A DNA stretch of 64,000 bases. Origin: Candidatus Woesearchaeota archaeon. GTDB taxonomy: Archaea; Nanobdellota; Nanobdellia; Woesearchaeales; SKIA01. A program made the position numbers and the translations under genes. Positions 50,101 through 56,617 of this stretch are shown in pieces; the stretch's first letter is position 1; each line of letters starts with the position of its first letter. The notes beneath the pieces were generated by a model. It saw nothing but the letters and a program-made list of their open reading frames with translations, was not told where the DNA came from and did no database searches. The DNA lies in assembly GCA_043771635.1 (NCBI GenBank), contig JAYVHA010000007.1, positions 2,233 to 66,232 on the forward strand. Direction: 5' to 3'.

Positions 50101-51218
50101 TTGGTTTAGCGAATACTACCAACGTGTCAGCGTACTTGTATGACGACGAAGGAATTAGAATCAGAAAAATAGAATACAACACCACATCAGGTGCCATTCT
50201 TTCTAGAACATATTACCCTGACGATGACTTTGTACGCGTTTACAACGCAAGCAATCAAACCACTGACGAGGTTTACTATCGTGTCGACGGAACATTGCTC
50301 GCACAAATGAAAGGGAACAACTTGACCTTTATTCATACTAACCATTTGGGAACGCCTGACCTCGTCACGAGCACAACCGGTAGCACGATCGAGACGACAA
50401 AACTCGACCCTTACGGAAACGACATAACAGGGGGGAACAGTCGCTATGTTTTTACTGGCCATGAACGTGATACAGAAACTGGGCTAGATTACATGAAGGC
50501 AAGGCACTATAGTCCAGACCTCGCGATGTTTGTACAACCGGATAGTTTACTAGAAGATATATACTCTCCGCAAAAATTGAATAGATATGCGTATGTTTCA
50601 AACAGGCCGACGATTTATACAGATCCGACCGGGCAGTACAGTTGTGATGCAACGGGAGGATGCATTAGTTTCTGTGTGGGGTTCATATGTCCAATAATGA
50701 ATGCAGTTCCAGATGAAGGAGACAATCCTGACGTAGGTTTATACAACGGCAAAAATGTTCGTTTTGCTAACCAGGAACAAAATGCCTTTATGAGTGCTGT
50801 TATTTCGTTAACAACTATGGGAGGAGTTAGATCGTTTGGATTAGCCTCTAGTACTAAAGTTACCGGCAATAATGCTGTGAATTACGCAGATCTTCCTGAG
50901 GATGTCCAAAACACCCTGGCCAAAGTCAAATCCGGAGAAAAGTTACCCTATGCCAAGGATGGAACAATATATCAAAATAGAAACGAAGCTCTTCCAAAAC
51001 AAGCCGCTAATTATTACCGCGAGTATACAGTCCAAGCAGACCCTGCAAAAGGTAGAGGGACCAATAGGTTGGTAGTTGGAAATAATGGAGAGACTTACTA
51101 CACAACAAACCATTATGGCTCATTCAAAAGGGTCACCTCTGAGCCTGACCGCACTAATTTTAATCAAGCGTATAAAATGCTACAGAGAGCAGTAAATAGA
51201 ATTGGAGGCAATAAATGA
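47103..51218 (+). CDS. secreted LamG x3 - RHS-repeat - RHS core - barnase-family RNase toxin (polymorphic toxin)
   Basis: Signal MFLAVMFVALALAIPSALA. Three ConA/LamG-like domains. YD repeats. RHS core RYVFTGHERDTETGLDYMKARHYSPDLAMFVQPDS..YVSNRPTIYTDPTGQ. C-terminus GTIYQNRNEALPKQ..YREYTVQ..GRGTNRLVV..YYTTNHYGSFKRV aligns to barnase (GDIFSNREGKLPG..WREADI..RNSDRILY..YKTTDHYQTFTKI). Confidence 0.85.
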   Translation: MNRMFLAVMFVALALAIPSALADNITNETNNSIPILLPNGTINTTAPVIILVPTENVVEQPAVTISEPNPKPADEPQVIEALELVVAPTEPRDAPTRDPATVDAPIPYCGHKSCAKEILTTVRVSETAFGRQEILQLEKDPNYPCTIEEGGFVVCEPITPQGEAALRAAYDLSEGIPTTDYRQPVYEGYSSQLSTGIVRGVRIGSYKRSTINPTVRQRFEINASEPGVFVVGFASNVFVVSDFNYGTCENCSIGTTQVTLENYHSTDAAQALSWRFSGNGLDSSGNANTATFGGAAYVNNTFADGFAFNDANKLSAPDAASLDISNMTLSFWVRFKSLTENQTLIYRYTSTNGYLCEFAKYDTTGIQCYTRNSTAGGAAWVQTGGASETQNPDYEINKWYHIVLTYNLSSGNLSIYQDGTLKHSKIATNHSMSSTASFKWGADYFDAFNGTVDEINLYSRTFSATEVTSLYNSGLYLVNPSYGNYTSMIDLGQSSTVSSVSWTGSGNLTIAARTGDYAKPGLTDTGLFGYWPLNQSLLCKDANSRYNGTASSGVICGNVSGPFVLENATWFDSDTDKITLPLATNFTNWSVQVWVRSDGTCVDGQNIFAKGWDYRIYTTSSCGITIVSANSSGSNKSMSSVCSISDGRWHSLAYVYNDTAKTAYAYCDGVQKSSVTQQGTATSSTNFTIGGGTSGLTFRGSVAQVSLWNKTLAPADLVAWNTWSSTLTSGNDPGLTDGRYVQYSAILRTNDTRNTSMLTSVSVGTSSSCSLSNGGYNVTLMNGASTGSGYATLDGTDDRIDTDLNVSSVLNNGSFTLAMWVKSDVDSGQRAFWSADSSGTDRFYLRQSDISSNQVVLGASSWNPVLTGYGALSNWTHYVLIINGTSGLFYRNGLNVANTTGITKNYPGKYLRFGANGDTLAETHDGNIDGINLYNRALTLTEVSQLYTNITVTTGQILSIEFNTCSATTSLTYDPNGNMVYDGTYTYEYDSFNRLTKIWLGLANTTNVSAYLYDDEGIRIRKIEYNTTSGAILSRTYYPDDDFVRVYNASNQTTDEVYYRVDGTLLAQMKGNNLTFIHTNHLGTPDLVTSTTGSTIETTKLDPYGNDITGGNSRYVFTGHERDTETGLDYMKARHYSPDLAMFVQPDSLLEDIYSPQKLNRYAYVSNRPTIYTDPTGQYSCDATGGCISFCVGFICPIMNAVPDEGDNPDVGLYNGKNVRFANQEQNAFMSAVISLTTMGGVRSFGLASSTKVTGNNAVNYADLPEDVQNTLAKVKSGEKLPYAKDGTIYQNRNEALPKQAANYYREYTVQADPAKGRGTNRLVVGNNGETYYTTNHYGSFKRVTSEPDRTNFNQAYKMLQRAVNRIGGNK
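48495..50530 (+). repeat. ~2-kb direct repeat copy 1 (inside main RHS gene), partner at 51609-53650
   Basis: acagaagtaacatccctgtacaactcgggcttatacctagtaaacccatcatacgg.. recurs at 51609 with ~95% identity. Identity decays after the conserved RHS core. Confidence 0.85.
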
Positions 51219-51541
51219 CAAAGGAAAAAACACTGACTAAGAATTTGAACGCAGACATCCTTGTTAATTTGTCCAATGTGGCAAGTAAAAAAAAAGTGTT
51301 CGAGATATTTAGTTCAGAACTATTTTTTCCAGAGTATTTCGGACACAACTGGGATGCGCTATATGACTGCTTAACAGACCTTGTTTGGCTTCCAAAAGTT
51401 AAAACAACTATTACAGTCTGTCTTCCAAAAAGGCTTTCTAACAATGATAAACTCGTTTTAGTAAGATTGCTTCAGGATGTAGACGCCTACTGGGAGCAGG
51501 AAAAGAGACATATTAGGGTCAAAATTGGTAATAACAATTAG
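51215..51541 (+). CDS. barstar-family immunity protein
   Basis: ELFFPEYFGHNWDALYDCLTDLVWLP versus barstar [26 protein letters not shown]. ATGA overlap with the toxin stop. Confidence 0.8.
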   Translation: MTKEKTLTKNLNADILVNLSNVASKKKVFEIFSSELFFPEYFGHNWDALYDCLTDLVWLPKVKTTITVCLPKRLSNNDKLVLVRLLQDVDAYWEQEKRHIRVKIGNNN

Positions 51542-54269
51542 GTCATTAAATTCTGTATTAGAAGCCTGCATAGAGGGAGTTGCACAGTACAATCGCACTA
51601 GATCTATGACAGAAGTAACATCCCTATACAACTCAGGCTTATACCTAGTAAACCCATCATACGGAAACTACACAAGCATGATAGACCTCGGCCAATCATC
51701 GACTGTTTCAAGTGTGTCTTGGACAGGCAGCGGAAACCTAACAATAGCAGCAAGAACCGGAGACTACGCAAAACCAGGATTAACCGATACAGGACTATTC
51801 GGGTACTGGCCACTAAACCAAACACTGCTTTGTAAGGATGCGAACAGCCGTTATAACGGCACAAATTCAAGTGGGGTCATATACGGCAATGTTACAGGCC
51901 CATTTGTTCTAGAGAACGCAACGTGGTTTGACAGTGACACTGACAAAATAACTCTACCACTCGCGACAAACTTCACAAACTGGTCTGTGCAAGTATGGGT
52001 AAGAAGCGATGGCACATGTGTCGACGGACAAAACATATTCGCAAAAGGATGGGACTACAGAATATACACAACAGGTTCGTGTGGCATAACCATGGTATCA
52101 GCAAACAGTAGCGGATCAAACAAAACAATGGCATCAGTGTGCTCAATTTCAGACGGCCGATGGCACTCACTTGCATACGTATACAACGACACAGCAAAGA
52201 CCGCGTACGCGTACTGCGACGGAGTACAAAAGTCTAGCGTTACTCAGCAAGGCACAGCAACCTCATCAACTAACTTCACAATCGGCGGAGGAACATCCGG
52301 ACTAACCTTCAGAGGATCAGTTGCGCAAGTATCGTTATGGAACAAGACACTAGCACCGGCAGATCTAGTAGCATGGAACACGTGGAGCAGCACACTAACA
52401 TCAGGAAACGACCCTTTACTTTCTGACGGAAGATATGTGCAATACAGCGCAATACTGCGCACGAACGACACTCGCAATACTTCGATGCTGACCAGCGTAA
52501 GCGTAGGAACAAGCAGCTCCTGCTCACTATCAAACGGAGGATACAACGTAACCCTAATGAACGGCGCATCAACAGGAAACGGCTACGCAACACTAGACGG
52601 CGTTGACGACCGCATATCAACAGACATGAATGTTAGTTCCGCTCTTAGCAACGGAAGCTTCACGATATCTATGTGGGCAAAAAGCGACGCAGACGCTGGC
52701 CAACGAACGTTCTGGAGCGCAGACACAAACGGCTCCGATAGATTCTACTTCCGTCAATCAGACGTAAGTTTAAACCAAGTTGTACTGGGCATGAGCAGTT
52801 GGAATACAGTATTGACAGGCTACGGGGCTTTGAGTAACTGGACGCACTATGTGCTAGTAATTAGCGGCACGAGCGGAACGTTGTATCGCAATGGCGTAAA
52901 TATCGCAAACATGAGCGGCATAACAAAGAACTATCCTGGAAAATACTTACAACTAGGAGCAAACGCTGAATGGTACGCAGAAACGATGGACGGGAACATG
53001 GATCGAGTTGCAATATACACTCGCGCATTAAACAACACAGAAGTAGCTCAACTATACGCAAATACGAGCGTGAGCAGCGGACGCATATTCAACTTAGATT
53101 TCGACCCTTGCAACGGCAGCACTAGCCTAACATACGATGCCAACGGAAACATGGTTTACGACGGTACGTTCACTTACGAATATGATTCATTCAATAGATT
53201 GACCAAAATCTGGCTTGGATTAGCAAATACTACCAACGTGTCGGCGCACTTGTATGACGACGAAGGAATTAGAATCAGAAAAATAGAATACAACACCACA
53301 TCAGGCGCCGTTCTTTCTAGAACATACTACCCAGACGATGACTTTGTACGCGTTTACAACGCGAGCAATCAAACCACAGACGAAGTTTACTATCGTGTCG
53401 ACGGAACATTACTTGCTCAAATGAGAGGCAACAACCTAACGTACATCCATCCAAACCATCTAGGTACACCTGATTTGGTGACAAACAGTTCTGGAGGAAC
53501 CGTAGAGGTCACAAAACTGGACCCCTACGGAAATGACATAACTGGTGGAAATGGCAGATATGCTTTCACTGGCCATGAACGAGACACAGAAACTGGGCTA
53601 GATTACATGAAGGCAAGGCACTATAGCGCAGATCTTGCGATGTTCGTGCAGCCAGATTCGATTAAAGAGAATGTGTACGATCCACAAACACTAAATCCAT
53701 ACGGCTACGTTAGAAATAATCCGACTAACAAAGTTGACCCGACCGGCATGTTTAGCTCTCAACTCCTCGGACTAGGAGTCTTTATGGCAAGTGCTAATAC
53801 TGGTGCTGCGCTATACGGAGGTCCGTTCGGAATTGGTTTTGCAGCAATAGAAGGCCCAATAACCATTTCAGTTATTGCGACTTCATTCATTATTGATGAA
53901 GATGAGACTGATGAGTATGCTCGTGCTTTTGCTGCAGGTTCGATTTCGGCAGAATTCTTGGTCACTGCCAAGGACATATATAATACGGGATCTGTTTCAG
54001 GAGTGCCATTCACAGGACCAGCAGGCCAAGCGTTATACGGCACATATGGCAATAATAGACGGCAGACCTTCCTGAAAGAAGCACAAGCACGCCAGGACTC
54101 TCAACGAGACAAATCTATCGAGAGGGAGTACAAAGGCAAATCCATGAGTACTCCTAGTGGCAAGGAGGCAAAAATAGATAAAGTGCTGCGAGGTAATAGT
54201 GGTAAGATCTGGGTTATTAGTGAACCCTATAAAAAAAATTCTAATGGCAGTAGTAGGGACAAGAAATGA
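51525..54269 (+). CDS. orphan RHS C-terminal cassette (LamG x2 - YD repeats - RHS core - alternative C-terminal toxin CT2); may lack an authentic start
   Basis: From nt 51609 it is ~95% identical to 48495 onward of the main gene. RHS core RYAFTGHERDTETGLDYMKARHYSADLAMFVQPDS..NPTNKVDPTGMF. Divergent tail with Gly-rich hydrophobic segment GLGVFMASANTGAALYGGPFGIGFAAIEGPITISVIATSFII. Confidence 0.6.
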   Translation: MVITIRSLNSVLEACIEGVAQYNRTRSMTEVTSLYNSGLYLVNPSYGNYTSMIDLGQSSTVSSVSWTGSGNLTIAARTGDYAKPGLTDTGLFGYWPLNQTLLCKDANSRYNGTNSSGVIYGNVTGPFVLENATWFDSDTDKITLPLATNFTNWSVQVWVRSDGTCVDGQNIFAKGWDYRIYTTGSCGITMVSANSSGSNKTMASVCSISDGRWHSLAYVYNDTAKTAYAYCDGVQKSSVTQQGTATSSTNFTIGGGTSGLTFRGSVAQVSLWNKTLAPADLVAWNTWSSTLTSGNDPLLSDGRYVQYSAILRTNDTRNTSMLTSVSVGTSSSCSLSNGGYNVTLMNGASTGNGYATLDGVDDRISTDMNVSSALSNGSFTISMWAKSDADAGQRTFWSADTNGSDRFYFRQSDVSLNQVVLGMSSWNTVLTGYGALSNWTHYVLVISGTSGTLYRNGVNIANMSGITKNYPGKYLQLGANAEWYAETMDGNMDRVAIYTRALNNTEVAQLYANTSVSSGRIFNLDFDPCNGSTSLTYDANGNMVYDGTFTYEYDSFNRLTKIWLGLANTTNVSAHLYDDEGIRIRKIEYNTTSGAVLSRTYYPDDDFVRVYNASNQTTDEVYYRVDGTLLAQMRGNNLTYIHPNHLGTPDLVTNSSGGTVEVTKLDPYGNDITGGNGRYAFTGHERDTETGLDYMKARHYSADLAMFVQPDSIKENVYDPQTLNPYGYVRNNPTNKVDPTGMFSSQLLGLGVFMASANTGAALYGGPFGIGFAAIEGPITISVIATSFIIDEDETDEYARAFAAGSISAEFLVTAKDIYNTGSVSGVPFTGPAGQALYGTYGNNRRQTFLKEAQARQDSQRDKSIEREYKGKSMSTPSGKEAKIDKVLRGNSGKIWVISEPYKKNSNGSSRDKK
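51609..53650 (+). repeat. ~2-kb direct repeat copy 2 (orphan RHS cassette)
   Basis: See copy 1. Confidence 0.85.
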
Positions 54270-54556
54270 ATTCAAAGCAATTTCCCGTGCGTGTGCGACC
54301 AACTCAGTTAATTGCCGGGGCAGTATTCTTTTTCGGCTTTTTGGGACTATTGTTTGCCTTCAAGTATCTGCCACTCCAATCGGCTATCGGATTGACAATG
54401 GTCTACGTAGTGATATTTGCTTTGGTTGTGGCTAACATCAAGAAGTTAATTTTATACGTTGAAAGCGGACTTCTTTATAGACTTCTGGTTTGGTTATTGA
54501 GCCTAATCTTCTTTATACTCTTCATCTTGCAAGTTATTAAGTTACTTTCTAATTAA
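54266..54556 (+). CDS. small 3-TM membrane protein, candidate immunity protein for orphan toxin CT2
   Basis: ATGA overlap with the orphan cassette stop. 96 aa, three hydrophobic helices. Confidence 0.5.
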   Translation: MNSKQFPVRVRPTQLIAGAVFFFGFLGLLFAFKYLPLQSAIGLTMVYVVIFALVVANIKKLILYVESGLLYRLLVWLLSLIFFILFILQVIKLLSN

Positions 54557-55002
54557 GATTCTATTGTGTCTCTCGAACTAGTGTGCTTAGCCCTCAATAT
54601 CTTTAATAGCTACTACGGCGCGCATGATGAGCGGAATACTATTTGTTCTTTATAGCTTAGTAATCCTGGGTTGAGCATTGTTCGTATTTGGTTCTTGTGA
54701 AAGCCTAAGGTATACTTTGACATCCAAAACTTTCCTAAGAAAATACTTTGCAGAGTCGCTTTTATCAGCTGCTTTATTGTTTAAACATTTGAGCGGCTGG
54801 TAGAATTGGCTCTGCCGGTAGAATTTATTTTTCACAGCCCCTGTAAAGTTTATACAGTTAGTTGCCCACTTACAGTTTGGACCGACTTCAGTTACTATCT
54901 TAAACCTCTGCAAATAAGTAATTTACATTTATGTGCGCATTTTGTGGTAGCGTTTTTGGGTACATTTTTGTGTCCTAACTCTATGTTAATTATGACAACC
55001 AT

Positions 55003-55188
55003 ATGTTATGTATGGTTAAAACGCGTCTTGTGGGTTTTCGCGTGAGTGAGGAGCAGTATTTTTTGCTTCGTTTGTGGGCGCGACAGGATGGCTTGGGGGT
55101 TTCTAGCTACGTCAGAATGCGTTTTTTTAGGAAGGAGCGGGCTGCGGGCAAGGAAATGGCCTCTGAGGGCGAGAAAAATGGATATTGA
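55003..55188 (+). CDS. ribbon-helix-helix (CopG/Arc-like) DNA-binding protein
   Basis: TRLVGFRVSEEQYFLLRLWARQDGLGVSSYVR resembles the RHH beta-strand plus two helices. Confidence 0.45.
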   Translation: MLCMVKTRLVGFRVSEEQYFLLRLWARQDGLGVSSYVRMRFFRKERAAGKEMASEGEKNGY

Positions 55189-55351
55189 GTTGCTTCGTGG
55201 TGAGCGGCGTTGCTTTTACTGCACAAATACTGTATGGAACGCCATGTGCGCTTACACCGAGGATTGTATGTCCCGGTCTGAATTCATCCGTGTTGCGATA
55301 GAGGAGAAGCTTCTTCGTGATTCGGAGAATTTACGGGAAAAACGCAAATGA
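55178..55351 (+). CDS. ribbon-helix-helix (CopG-like) DNA-binding protein
   Basis: MSRSEFIRVAIEEKLLRD RHH motif. Start taken at internal ATG 55178 of ORF 55046-55351. Overlaps the previous RHH gene by 11 nt. Confidence 0.45.
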   Translation: MDIELLRGERRCFYCTNTVWNAMCAYTEDCMSRSEFIRVAIEEKLLRDSENLREKRK

Positions 55352-55477
55352 GCATATAAAACTCATTAGCTTAGTTGAAATCACAATGAAGGCTATAGTT
55401 GAACTTTCCAATGAAGAATATGAGACGCTTGCAAAGAATTTCGACGAAGGAACCGGTACACGTATTCGAATGTTTAT

Positions 55478-56269
55478 TCATCTAAATTGAGAGTTAGTAC
55501 GTAGCTGCTTACTCCGCCTTCTAATAGTTACTTCGACGACTCCAGTGTAGCGTGTAAACAGTCTCTGTGCGCGGTATTCGCCTGTTGTTTGCATCGCGAC
55601 GTACAGGCTTGTTGCTGCGAGCGTACTTGGCTTAAGGCCGTTACTGGCATTCATTCCTGCGTATTGTATTGCTAGAGTTACTGTGTTGCTTGGCAGCCGT
55701 AGTCTTGTTGCGAACCGCGGTATGAGGTCTATTGCTTCTATCGTGCCCGTTCTTATTTTTAGAGCTCTTTGAATGTGTTTTGCAGCCTTAAGCAATTCAG
55801 CTTTAGGTATTTCTGTGTGCGCAGTAATTTCTAGCGCTGTTTGCGGCGTTCCGGCGTCGATGCATGCAATGTATACTGCTGCGTATGCAAATGCCTGATT
55901 GCTTCTGCCGATTGTTATTTCTTTATTGGTTACTTCGAGGAACATTCTTTTTGCTTCTGCCGCTACGGTTTTAGGTGCTTTAATTCTTGATACTAGAAGG
56001 TCTATTTCGCTGCATGTTGCTCGGAAGTTTTTTTGTTTGGTTGTTAATAGCCATGATTCTGTTAGGTGTCTTCCGTTTGTGTTGAAGGTGCCTGCTTGCG
56101 CTAAGGCTGGATGTGATGCGTGGCTGCCTTCGGATAACAAGGTACTTTGTTCTATTCTGTTGTCTTCAAGCACTAACCCGCAGCCTAGGCACACTAGCTC
56201 TCCTTGGGATTCTCTAAATCTCTTTTCCGCGCATTCAGAGCACCGCATTAGAATCTTCGCCTCCTTCAT
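55478..56269 (-). CDS. tfb: transcription initiation factor TFB (TFIIB) homologue, short form
   Basis: N-terminal Zn ribbon CSECAEKRF..GELVCLGCGLVLED. Cyclin-fold region NQAFAYAAVYIACIDAGTPQTALEIT. Confidence 0.7.
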   Translation of the reverse strand: MKEAKILMRCSECAEKRFRESQGELVCLGCGLVLEDNRIEQSTLLSEGSHASHPALAQAGTFNTNGRHLTESWLLTTKQKNFRATCSEIDLLVSRIKAPKTVAAEAKRMFLEVTNKEITIGRSNQAFAYAAVYIACIDAGTPQTALEITAHTEIPKAELLKAAKHIQRALKIRTGTIEAIDLIPRFATRLRLPSNTVTLAIQYAGMNASNGLKPSTLAATSLYVAMQTTGEYRAQRLFTRYTGVVEVTIRRRSKQLRTNSQFR

Positions 56270-56507
56270 CGGTAAAGTATAGTAGTACTGGCATTGTCTT
56301 CTGTTCGGAGAGTTTTTCGAGCCTGCTTAGCACTTGTTCTTTGCTTAGGCATAGCTCCATAACGTATTCTACTTTTGAGCTGCTTGAGCTGAATAGCTGT
56401 CGCACGGGTAATTTTAGATCTATTCTTCTTCGGCTATCGTTGTAGAGTACTTTCCCTGTTATGGTTACGATTTTGTTTGTTGTGCCGAATAGTATTTTTT
56501 CTCCCAT
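56235..56507 (-). CDS. hypothetical protein (90 aa)
   Basis: ORF lying between the ATPase and TFB genes in the same orientation. Confidence 0.3.
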   Translation of the reverse strand: MGEKILFGTTNKIVTITGKVLYNDSRRRIDLKLPVRQLFSSSSSKVEYVMELCLSKEQVLSRLEKLSEQKTMPVLLYFTDEGGEDSNAVL

Positions 56508-56617
56508 CCCGTATACATATACTGTATTTCATAATTTATCTACTTTCGCGTGATAATTTCAATGTATTTCCGGCGTTTCCGGATTACCGACGGCGCCACC
56601 CCTAAATCCAGGCCTAA

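Noticed and set aside
42046-51218. Single fused ~3000-aa TcB-TcC protein produced by a frameshift at 47103-47106
   Set aside because: The downstream frame begins with a textbook cleavable signal peptide and N-terminal region, arguing for an independent secreted gene; cannot fully exclude a sequencing indel.
54650-54913. 87-aa minus-strand ORF in the AT-rich spacer
   Set aside because: Low-complexity, no start context, lies in a compositionally non-coding region.
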